A stretch of DNA of 59,566 nucleotides, the filler included, from Sphacelaria rigidula (Eukaryota), in assembly GCA_964200075.2 (NCBI GenBank). It is 3 parts of 3 records of this genome, joined end to end, with 100 filler letters (N's around TTAATTAATTAA, not from the genome) between each part and the next. Parts side by side here need not be neighbours in the genome. Positions count along the whole stretch, not along the records: positions 1 to 19,796 come from CAXNAA020000613.1; positions 19,897 to 39,685 come from CAXNAA020000614.1; 1 more part is not named here. One strand, given 5' to 3'. Position 1 is the first letter of the stretch. The number at the start of each line of letters is the position of its first letter. The position numbers and the translations under genes are program-made. The notes under the pieces are model-generated. The model was not told the DNA's origin. It saw nothing but the letters and a program-made list of their open reading frames with translations, and did no database searches. Positions 12,701 through 24,300 of this stretch are shown here, piece by piece.

Positions 12701-15700
12701 ACACCGCCTGAACCAGCAGTCAACTTTTTCCTCCCCTCCAGTCGGGCAGGAGAAATCGTGAATTTGGTGATTTCAATGAAGATTCGTCCGAACTGTGGAG
12801 TATTTGGGGGAGAACGTGACATGCTGCCATAATGAGAAGTGTTGATGCCGGGACCCTTCCTGCTGGAAAGTAATGACCTCGGCCCAAAAAATGCATACGT
12901 CGAAGCTACGTTACCTTGGCGCATGGACATCGATTGTGTCCTGTCGTCAGTTGTCCAAATGTCATTTTGACCCTCTCGACCGTTCTTTATGCCTCTCGTT
13001 CAGTCCGGAACCATCACCACGTCCGAGACCGGACACTGCATCAAGACGATGAAATTCAGCGTCAGCCCTGTGGTTCGCGTGGCCGTGGAGCCCAAGAACC
13101 AGGCCGACCTGCCCAAGCTGGTGGAAGGGATGAAGCGTCTTTCCAAGTCCGACCCCATGGTGTTGTGCTATACCGAGGAGTCGGGAGAGCACATCATCGC
13201 CGGATGCGGAGAGGTACATCTTTGTTGACCGATGTTTTCGTTCGACAAAATGATGAATGAGCATGCGCATGTGTTTGCAGCGTGTCGTTGAAGACTGATT
13301 TGTCACACATTGCGGGAGTTTTTTCCTCCCCATCTTTCGTAAAAAAGCTCTTCATGGATGAACAGTGTCAAGATCTGAACCTCGTCCGTTCTCTACGGTA
13401 TTCTCTGATCGGTTGTTGCAAACGCGCCGTCGGCGCAAAATCCGCGAACACCCTTGACCGCAACGGTTGGCTTCGCGCTGAATTAGCATCCATTTTACTG
13501 AAGATCTACACGGACATTCCGCATTACCGTCTCGGGGTTCACTGATGGCTCCTATTTCGTGTTGACGTTGAGACCTCAAAACCCAATTTGAATCCTGCAA
13601 CATGTTAGTTCGTTGTTTCGAAGTGCCGAAGCGATGTTCATTGCACGAACCGGAAATACTTCAGGCAGTTCCAAGTATTCAGATACTTGGAAACGCACGA
13701 ATTTGCCATGAGTAATGACAAAACTCGACATGTACATTCTAGCTCGTTTTTCTTGTTTTGGGATCCAGCAGCATGAAATCCCTCACTAGACAGAAAACCA
13801 CGAAAGATGATGGGTGTAGAGAGAGACAGGAAACCGATTTTCCATCATGTGTCATGAAATATAGAGCATTCGTCCAAAATTTTGGGGTCGAACTGCTGGA
13901 AACGGCGTGAAGTTCTGCCAATGAGTGTTTTCATGTGCTAACCGTGAATGAGCCTGTGGAAAAATCTGCTGGATCGACAAGAAATTCCCCCATCCAACAT
14001 TTACAATATTGTCCGAGTGGAGGTGTTCTTGCACGAACTGTAGGTCAGTTCGATGTTTGATGAAGTGATGATTGATTTACGCCGGCAGCTCGTCATCATT
14101 TTCCTGGTCTGATGATTCTTTCTCCCGCGGTATTCTTGGTTGGAAGTATTTCGGAACTGTTTCCAAGCCTCGTTGAATATTTCCGCTGCGTCGTCCTCCC
14201 CATGCTATTTCGACCCGTGTTGAATCGACGTTCAAGTGATGCAAGCGTTTTTTTCTCATGTCTTCTCGGTATTGTATCGATTCCTTCCCTCGTTATTTCA
14301 CAATTTCTCGCCCATGATGGTGTTTCCCGTCCCACTACATCTTACCCATGCCTTGTTTTTTATTCCAGCTTCACTTGGAGATTTGCCTGAAGGACCTCCA
14401 GGAGGATTTCATGGGAACCGAGGTCAAGATCTCCGACCCAGTCGTGTCCTACCGCGAAACCGTATCAGCCGAGTCTTCCCAGCAATGCTTGTCCAAGTCT
14501 CCGAACAAGCACAATCGTCTTTACTTGACCGCGAACCCTCTCGAGTCGGGCATTCCTGAAGACGTCGAGGAAGGAAAGCTGAACCCCCGTGATGACGCCA
14601 AGGTACTTTTTCTTCTGTTGGCAGCATGTGTCGTAATGACTCGAGTCCAACCCCTCCCTCACACGGCTCATGATTGTACCAAGGCATGTACATGGAAATA
14701 AAGAGGTCGTGGTGTGAAGCTCTGGGTACAGGGAGGACGGACAGGATATATCGAAAATATGTATTTCTCCCAGTTCTGGTCCACTTTTGCTTTTCTGGGC
14801 AGGCCCGCGTTGACCCGTGTTAGCGTCTTCCGCCAACGAGTAATTTGACGGTCTTGATCAAATATGTCGATACGTGTTCCGTTGATGGTGATCCTGATAT
14901 GTCTTGTCGCCCTTGTTCTCTCGGCTGAAGACTCGCGCGCGTTACCTCGCGGACTCGTACGGCTGGGACGTGACGGAGGCGAGGAAAATCTGGGCTTTCG
15001 GTCCTGAGGGAACAGGAACCAACATATTCGTGGATGTAACAAAGGGTGTCAACTACTTGAACGAGATAAAGGAATCCGTCATCGGCGGATTCAACTGGGC
15101 CATGAACGAGGGGCCAATGACGGAGGAGAAGGTGCGCGAATCCTGGCTATTAGTATTTCGGGTCGCACATGGTCACGTTCCTACATCACCCATCTCGAAA
15201 TCAACTAGCGGAAGAAACGATGATGAACCCTCTGCGAATGTCTGGTCCTTGGTCGGTTGACGCGGTATAGAAGAGCCACGTCGAATTCGAGAGCTTGTAA
15301 TGGTTTGCTTCACCTGTCATGGGGTTCCTCGGACATACTCGTGTTGTTTGGTTCCAAAATTCCCTGCTGACCTGCCGTCATGTAGTATTAAAGATTGACC
15401 TCATTACAACTGAGTTTCTCCAGACGAGTTTACCTCTTGCAAAAAAAGGATGGTGCACCGAAAGATTCACGACCAGTGGAGTACGCCAGAGAGACCTGGA
15501 ACCAGCCGAAAATACAGGAAGGCATTTGTAGGTTGGAGCCCAGCTTTGCTCTTTCATGGCCTGCTGTATGAGTAGCGGCCCAATGAGAGTTGGCGTGATA
15601 TCCTCCCTCTTGCGCTGCATGCATTGAACGGCATTGATAATGTCGATACACTCTCGATCTTGAACGGTCACGTCCTTGAGAAGTCACGTTCGAGCATGGC

Positions 15701-17451
15701 GGAAAAGTCACTGTTACGTGCCTTTGTCGCCATCATCTACATGTGTCATCAATGACTGGATGACTCACATTGACCATCCCTGCTCTCTGTCATTCCCCGT
15801 CACGGTGCGCCATGTCATGCAGGTCCGCGGTGTCCGATTCAACCTGCTTGACGTTGTTTTGCACGCCGATGCCATCCACCGTGGTATGGGACAAATCATG
15901 CCAACGGCCAGGCGTGTGGTGTACGCATCGATGCTCACGGCGTCGCCAATGCTCCTGGAGCCGGTATACCTGTGCGAGATTTCATGCCCTCAGGTAAGCC
16001 ACCACTCATTCACGTATAATCGTGTGATAAGCGAACTAGTATTCTGTATGAAGGTGTTCGACATTCTTGAGTGATTTTATCCAGGCATAGACAGGGAATA
16101 TGCGTGAAAAAGAAGAAATCTTCTTGTCTCGGTTCTCGATTTGGGTTTCATGTTCTTACCCTCTCTCCGGAATTTTGTTTCACTGCGTGACCTAGTGAAG
16201 AAAATACCCGCGAAAGATGGAGTCGTGTGGGCGGCAGCTCCCACTTGCGAGGATGGAATGATAACGGCCTAGTCGTTACCGGCTTCGTCGAACGTGCTTT
16301 GAAAAATTTGGACCCATTTTCCAATCCCGAGGTCACACTCGAGAGGGGGGCAACACACAGTAACGTTGATGCCCTTCGAAATGTAAATTCATGATGTGTC
16401 AATTTGCTCACTGCTGCACCTCACCACGCAGGATGCAATGGGTGGGTGCTACGGCGTACTGACGAGGCGCCGCGGTCACGTGTTCGCGGAGGAGCAGCGC
16501 CCAGGAACGCCAATGGTGAGAATGACCCTCGTTGCTTTTCGTTGGAGTTGATGTTATTAATCAAGAACCAAATACGCGTATACCAGCACAAAGTCAGTGT
16601 GCGAAGAGAGGGCAGGTAAAGTGCAGTGCGAGTACGGTGTACACTACAGCACCATTCTCTACGGAGATACATCAGATACGGCCACATGGCACGACACACG
16701 TTATCCGCTTAGAGAACCTCGTGCGTGCTGTCTATCCCCAGAAGCCACCCGAACAGCCCACAAAGCACTATGTGAAGTGTCACATGGTCGACTTCTGCCG
16801 GGGGTTCGGATTAGTCAAACGTCTGTTACCATAACTGTACGTCATTATACACACGCCATCCTTTCACACAGCCGGCAACCTCTGCACAAATTTGTACCAA
16901 AATCGGGAAATCGAAGCCTGAGCTCTTACGAACTGAGCTGAATCAGCAATTCATTATGGGTGAACCCTACTTGACCATGTACTACCACCTTGATGAACGT
17001 CCTCGCTCACCATCAGGTTTGCGTCTATGTCCTAAATGTCCCTTACGCGACGTTAAAACGAACGAGTGAACGTCATGTTTCTCTTGATTAAGTGCCCGTC
17101 TTCACTTGATCATTCGCTCGAAATTTTGGGAAAACATGCTGTTCTCAAAATACGTCAACATCTCTTCGTGTTTCCCTTCCGTCACCCCTCACTCTCCTTT
17201 CTCCCCTTCACGTGTAGATGACCTTGAAGGCGTACTTGCCAGTTATGGAGTCGTTCGGCTTCACGGCCGACCTGCGCTCGCACACCGGCGGCAAAGCGTT
17301 CCCCCAGTGTGTGTTCGACCACTGGCAGGAGATGGGTGGAAATCCACAAGAAGAAGGAACGAAGGCCTTCGAGGTGGTCAAGTCCGTCCGCAAGAGGAAG
17401 GGACTCAGCGAGAACATCCCGCCCCTGGACCGCTACCTGGACAGGCTGTAA
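3746..17451 (+). CDS. EEF2: Eukaryotic translation elongation factor 2, complete, 16 coding exons, 880 aa
   Basis: join(3746-3748,4292-4552,7136-7330,8008-8142,8952-9077,9738-9902,10641-10799,10997-11205,11864-12043,12425-12500,13004-13213,14369-14602,14931-15131,15823-15993,16432-16515,17218-17451). All introns are GT-AG with consistent phases; total 2643 nt. Motifs: [18 protein letters not shown] (P-loop), [32 protein letters not shown] (diphthamide His), C-terminus ...LDRYLDRL*. Confidence 0.97.
11194..11655 (+). repeat. 231-bp tandem duplication spanning the EEF2 exon 8 donor
   Basis: ACCCTTGTGCATGTGAGTCC at 11194 and 11425; CCGACTTCCTCGAAGCGCCTTGTCGG in both units. Confidence 0.85.
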
Positions 17452-18556
17452 GGTCGTCGCACGCACCTGGTGTCGTTGCTCGGTGTCTTGCCTGTTCTGC
17501 GAGTACGGATGGGGTGACGGTGGTCTGTTGAGGGGATGTGACGTAATAAAGGCCGTGCGCCACAAATGGCTAGCTGTAGTCCCGGCTGCGTGTCCCTTTG
17601 AGGTTGTATACTGTACTGTTGCCGACACACACGTGTGGCTGGGTGGGCTTACGACGTGGTCTCGCCGGTTCTTCGCCCAATTTTCATTTGCTGTCCCGGG
17701 ACTGTGGGAAGGGAAACTCGCCCTGTCGCTGTCGTTCATCTCTTGAGTTCCCTTGTTGTAGTGGAAAATGTATGGAAAGTCAAAAGGAGGATGAACGGAG
17801 CATCAGTCAAAGTTTGACTTGGTCTGCTGAAGACATGATCTACATATTGCTGTATGGATATCGTCACCTTTATTCCTCCCGCGCATTTACAGCCAAGGGA
17901 GATGACTCGGACCGACATGCTGAGTCGGTCGATCTGTTACACACCATACTTCGACATTGATGGCCGTGGTTATTCTTTTCACCCTAGGTGTGGCATGACG
18001 CACGTGTGGCATGACGTACCCATCGTCACTCATGCGTTACCCTCGCCGTCTGCCCTGCGAACTACGCAGTCCTACTGTAGTCGACGTCGTTTCCCCACAA
18101 ATACCGCGCCCCTACAGGCTGGTCCGCCCAAGTTTCTGAGTTGTGTCCATCTCAACACATCATCGTCACTGGCACATCAACGCGAGTCGCACAATCACTC
18201 GCGGTCAACGGGCCACCTGTACAGGATTTAGCAAAACGAAACCGTACCTGGCGTCCATTTCTGGAATTTCATGAGGATATGGGACATTTGTGATCCTCCA
18301 CCGGGTATCGATCACTTCAATTCCTCTAGACGATTGTGAAGGTTGTTCGTTTGAGTGTGCGTCAGTTTCGAAAGCACGCCAACGCTGTAGGAAACACAAT
18401 TTGGATGAAATACTTTTGTCATGCCCGACTTCATAAATATCGTGCTTCTGCACGTACTATGCAAAACACTGCAGAGGTATGGTGGTCAGCGTCAGAAGTT
18501 TCCCGAATCCATAGTTCCTTTTCTTTGAGTTTTTCTGAAGTACCGTTTAGCCAGTA

Positions 18557-18910
18557 GCCCCGGTGGCTCAGTTGGTAACCTCGTAACCTTCTGATGGTTG
18601 AGTTGGGGGGTTCGATTCCCGGAGCGATCTGGAATCCTTTCTCACACCATGCCCAACAGTGGAGAGCGACTTTGTCGTGGGTACACTAAATTCGACGTGA
18701 GGGTCGACGAGGGAAATGGATTGCTGAACCCCACTCGCGATAGAATAAAAAGGCAAGCACCGCAGAAGGAAGGCGGGGCACTAAAGACGAATAAAAAAGA
18801 AGCTCCTGTGTTGACCTTCCTCCTGTGTAACCGCGGCTGATGTACCCACATACACCGAAAGGTGCAGACTGGCGCCCAGTATAAATGGGACGACAACACG
18901 ACAACACACC
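18557..18910 (+). mobile_element. tRNA-derived SINE (tail type 1)
   Basis: A box TGGCTCAGTTGG (18564-18575) and B box GGTTCGATTCC (18609-18619); no complete cloverleaf. The 3' part matches 59015-59190; ends in ACAAC/ACAC repeats. Confidence 0.75.
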
Positions 18911-19796
18911 GTCTGCACTTCTTCTTGGAAGTGCAAACGCCGGTAGAGTTATGGAGAAAGCGTCGGCCGCGCTTAAACTGCAGGGTGTTATCGACCGTTG
19001 TTGGTCCAATAGTAGCATTCCGCTTTTCTGCGACGAAACGGGGAACATGCAGATACACTGATACGTTTGAAATTCTTCACAATATCGATCAAGATCGTGG
19101 TCTTCCTATACTGCACTGACGTTAGTCTAGCATTTTCTGCGGAGGGCCTATTCCGGGAGTTTCCCGCGCAACATTTACCGTGAGGACTCGAAGGAGCCGT
19201 CGTCGATAGTATTGGCAAAATAAGCAAACCGTGCCCGAATCACAATCTCCCAAGTTGTGGTGGGGGCGATACCGGGTAAAGACCCGTCATCAGAGGGTTG
19301 TTATTGACCGTTCATGGCCCAAGAAACACAGTTTTCCTCCTTTACCGCAGTGACTACGAGCTGGGCCAACCCAGAAACGGATTCAACATTGCGGAGCAAT
19401 ATCTCATCACCGGAAACGAATTGGGCCGTGGTCCGCATATCGTATCAATCGTCGAATCAAGGGCAAGGAGCCCATCTACTTGAAATTTTGGCCCATAATT
19501 TCTCGTTGATTAAAGCCCATATTTAGTGATTCCTATACCTAAAGGAGACAGCGCCAATACTAAAACTCTGTGAAAGTACCGGTTTATGCATTTAGCCGAT
19601 GGCGATGAAAATTGGTGTGGAGAACCGCAGAAGAGTGCCGAACTAACAAAGAAATGGGCCTTCGTTTTTTGTTTCCACTGAGGTTGGAGCGTTACTTGTG
19701 AAGAAATGGTCTTCACCATACTAACACGCCCTCAACCAGTGAAAAAATGAATAAAAAAAATCTGGGCCACTGAATTTTGTTAATTATGCCCTGGCG

Positions 19797-19895
19797 NNNN
19801 NNNNNNNNNNNNNNNNNNNNNNNNNNNNNNNNNNNNNNNNTTAATTAATTAANNNNNNNNNNNNNNNNNNNNNNNNNNNNNNNNNNNNNNNNNNN
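19797..19895. other. Assembly gap with artificial TTAATTAATTAA linker
   Basis: N-run, linker at 19841-19852, N-run. The linker gives stops in all frames. Confidence 0.95.
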
Positions 19896-19920
19896 NGGGG
19901 GGGGGCGGCGGAGGTGTGGT

Positions 19921-19952
<32 letters not shown>

Positions 19953-20395
19953 CTGTTCGATTCCACGAAAAAATAGGCTCATACTTCTGTTCCATCTGCA
20001 AAGGTCCTTGTGGGCGTCAAATCGTTTGGGTATTTCAACGTTGATGATCATCCCATGGTTGGGTTTGTTAGAGAGGTGAAGCGCAACCGAAGCTCATGAA
20101 GAAACAAAAACATAAAAAAAAAGCTTATTTTCATCACTAGAATCATGTCGAAATATAACCTCATTTCGACCCTGTTTGATCCATTTATACCCCATCATTG
20201 ATCGATTTTGGACGTTTTCACGTCGAGCACTAGCAATTACATGCTAACAAAATGTTGGATGGGGTGTGCGTAGGTTAACACACAGGCATGTCCAAAATCA
20301 ACGGTGGTTTCGCGATTTCCACATTTTTGGCCCATTTTCATACGTCAAGTACTTCCGGACAGTACTGTCGGTTCGGACCGGTACCGATTTTTTTC

Positions 20396-20576
20396 ACACT
20401 CTGGACAATGACAATATATTGTGGTCAATAGTCGCAATAGACAAAAATGTACTGCATGAAGTATAGATCTATTGCACCTATTGATGACTGACAATGGGTG
20501 TAAAAGGCCTATACTTCATGCAGTAAGTTCTCGTCTATTGCAACTATTGACCATATATTGTCATTGTCCAGAGTGT
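20396..20576. repeat. Long inverted repeat (hairpin, ~85-bp arms, 8-nt loop)
   Basis: ACACTCTGGACAATGACAATATAT...TACTGCATGAAGTATAG...CCTATTG (20396-20483) pairs with 20492-20576. Confidence 0.9.
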
Positions 20577-21350
20577 CGAAATTTCACACCTTGGATAATG
20601 ACAGTGCATTACATTGTCAAAAAAGGGTGTACCGTGTACCGTGTCGACTATTGCGTTTATTGCAATAGACAATATATTCCACACTGCACGCAGTACACCT
20701 TTTGACAGTGTAATCTCTTGTCCACTGTGGAAAATTCCTGGAAATTGATCCGCCGGGCATGTTATTCAGTCAGGAGGTGATACATACAGCAGTACATAAC
20801 ACCGGGGGGTAGAGGGGTTGGTCCTTTGACACCACGGGTTCGTCCCGAGGAAGGGAAGAAGTTGGTGGAAGTATGACGGAAAAAATAAAAGTGATAACCT
20901 GTACGTGGCCTTTTAATGGTGGAGCCGACATAGACAGTATAGTTGCGGTTTGCCGGAACGTTGACCGAGCGACATAAGCATCTGTCGTCTTCTGTTTTTT
21001 TTTCTCCTCTTATTATTCTGTTTTTCTTTTTCTCCTGACCACGGGCTGGATTGTTGCTATAAGCTTATGTGAGATAATCCATCAATCCATCGATCCATCA
21101 ATCAATTCACCAAATAATCAACAAGTGGTGTGCGATTCTCTTTGTTGCTAACGTGCTCGAGCTTGTGTATGTATATTGGTGTGTATTTTCATTAATTTTC
21201 AGGCTTGTTTGGGTGAGGCGACCATGTTCGTTGCACTCTGCTTCGTGTGGGGCATGTTGGCGTTCACGTCGTGTTGATCCTGCCCTCATTCGCTATCCCT
21301 CAGGCGCTCTGTTGGTTGTCTGCTTGTGTGTGTTCGTGCTTGTGAGACAG

Positions 21351-24300
21351 GTTAATAGAGTCCTGATGGACGACGGGAGAGCCACCGGAGTCTTGGCTAC
21401 GGTAACACCCCGCGGAGGAGGAAAGGTGAAGCTGGCAACCTGTTTTCCCTCATGTATTTTGTTGTGCTCAATCAGTTCCTCTTCAGTGGTCGATTCTCAT
21501 CAATTAGATCGGATTTTGTTGCAGTCATTTTGTTCAAATGCTGTTAAAGGAGATCCCCGTCCACGCACGCTCTTCATGGAGCACCGGTCGTCGTCGTCGG
21601 CATCATCATCCTTGGTACTTCTGCTCTGAGGTTTCCAACGATCTATCTTGTGACTGCTCTTGTTTTCCTCACTCCTGCTAGGCGACAATGGCTATCGAGC
21701 GCGTGTCACGGGTATACCTTGCATCCCTCGAAAGCGGGGTCAGAATTTTTGCGCAAACAACACGCGCGGTCGTCGGTTGATCTGCGTGCGTACCCCCTGC
21801 AGGTGACGTCTTTAACGGTTCTCTCGAGAGCCGTTGTGGTGTCTGGGGGAGCGATCCACACCCCGGCTATCCTCTTGCGTTCTGGCCTCAAACACCCGCT
21901 CATCGGGAGGCATCTCCGCCTGCACCCGGTGTTGCTGGTGGGAGGCGTGTTCCCTGAGGACTACCGCCGAGGGGACAGTGCAGAGGGTGTGGCTGGCGAT
22001 AGCGGGCCCATCTCAAAGTTGTCTCTATTTTCGTCGGCGTATAAGGGGGAGGGTGGAGGCGTCATGACCGGGAAGGGGGTGAGCGATTCATTTTTGACTG
22101 TATTTGTTTGTTGCTGTCGTTGGCGTTGCATTCGCTTGTGTTTTTGGTGAAGTTTGTTTTTTGCTTAGACGGGACGAGCGGGGGGGGGGCGTACTCTCAT
22201 TTGAGTCGTGTAACCATTGACCACGCATCCCTTTCGAGACGGAGCACCGTTCCTACTCCTAATACCTCCAACACCCCGGCGTAGCGGGGGGGGGGGGGAG
22301 TTCTTGCTGCATGTTAACTTTTGAGGTTATGTATCTGTCTTCTCCATTCGTCGTCACTCTGTGTCTACCTTTTTCTTTTTTCTGTAGTCATGTATGATAT
22401 TAATCGTTTTTTTCCGTCCGTTTGCTGTACCTGGTATTTCGTACTTGAGGATGTTTTGAACGTTTCACCTATCCCCCCCCCCTGTGCTCTGTCTCGAAAG
22501 GGAGGCGTGGTCGATGGTCAAATGACTAAGGCAAGCAACAAATAAGTACCCCCCCCCCTCCCCCCGATGCATTAGACAGTAGCGAACAAACGATGGCTGC
22601 ACTAGGAGATGGATGATGGCCACAGACGGCGAAACAGGACGGGGATAAGAAATGTAGAATGTTTTTGTGTTAACATATGAAATAAACGCAATGAGCACCG
22701 CAATGTTGGAGGTGTCTGTATTAGGAGTACGAACGGTGCTCCGTCTCGAAAGGAAGGGATGCGTGGTCAATGGTCAAACGACCAAGGCAAGCAACCAATG
22801 AGTACACCTTCCCCCCCCCCCCCCCCCCTCTCTCGAGAAAACCAAGACGAAATACTGACCATAGGTGTTGGTGCGAGATACAAGCCAAAAGTAAGAGACA
22901 TGATAAAAAAATAGGGAAAGCTCAGACATATGGTAGACGAGGAAGAACACCTGAAGATATACGGAGGGTTGAGAGAGGGGATAGGAAAGAAACTATATCT
23001 GCATGGTCCGATGGACGCGGCGAAAAAAGTGAAACTGCGATGTGGGGTGGGGGACCTGAACCTGCCAGAAAGAAGGAAGAGATGTATCAGTAGTCGTGTG
23101 AAAAAGAAAGTAGATGCACAGAAATGCCCCTGTGGCGAAGCAATAGAGAGCAGAACTCATGTAATGGCAAAATGCCAACTATACAAAGAAGAACGGGAGT
23201 GCCAGAGGGGGGAAATGCGGGACGTGAACGAAGGTAACATGTCATCGTTTGATGCATTAGAAAGTGGGGGGAAAACGATGGCTTTACTAGGAGATAGAGG
23301 GTGGCCACAGAAGGCGAAATAGGTCGGGGATAAGACATGTAAAACGTTTTGTGTAATGTATGGAAGAAACGTACTGAGCACCGCGATGTTGGAGGTGTCT
23401 GTATAAGGAGTGGGAACGGTGCTCCGTCTTGAAAGGGATGCGTGGTCAATGGTCAAACGACTGAGGCAATCAACAAATGATTCCCGTTTCCCTTTTCGGT
23501 TCCCCGTATTTTCCCTAGTGTATCGCCGCGCCCTGTGTCCGCCTGTCTATCCGCCTGTCTATCTCACCGTGTTTCCCTCTCTGTGCGGACGTCTCCCTTG
23601 CCTCAATCGCCAATGCTGCGTACACGACTACGGTATGGGCACTGCATTCTCCGCAGACAAAGATAAAGGCAGCGACAACTGCTGAGGCCAGATATGGTAA
23701 CACCAACAGCGCTGGCAGGGCAGAAGGAATCGGCGCCGGCACCCTTAGTGCAGCGGCACGCAAAGGGGAGCCTCGATCGCCAGATTTTGGCAGAGGGGTG
23801 ATGATGGGCGTGTACCTGCAAGACTGGATGGGGCTGAATGGAGGTGCGACTATTGCTTCTCTGCAACGGTGATGTTGATTTTCGGCATCTTGTTCGCCGC
23901 GGGTTTCACTCAAATAATTAGACATACCACACTTTTTGCAAGTTCTCTGTGTGTACCTGGTGCACCCTAGATAATAGACTACGTCGTCAAGAACTGTGCT
24001 GCGTACAGACAGTATCGACTATTGCGTCTGTTGCAACAATCTGTCGCAAAAATCTATTGCAGTAGACGCAATAGTCGATACTGTACGCGGTACATTTTTT
24101 GGCGTTTCAACGCGTTGTGTAGGGTGTGGTATCTGTGGGTCTTGTGTGTTTGTTGCTCTTATAGGGACGTGGCACGACGCGGGTATGGGGTCAACCCTTT
24201 ACTTTACCTCTGGGCAAGTCTGTAAACTCGGGGGATCAAACCATCTCTGCTGCCCCGGTACATGTATATCTTGGTCTTACAGATTGGATCATGGCCACAC

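Noticed and set aside
18557-18630. tRNA gene candidates (also 33099-33165, 43442-43515 minus, ~35600-35630)
   Set aside because: A/B boxes only; acceptor and anticodon stems do not pair, and two continue into repeated SINE bodies.
19841-19852. TTAATTAATTAA palindrome inside N-runs (also 39730-39741)
   Set aside because: Scaffolding linker, not biological. Adjacency across these gaps is not guaranteed.
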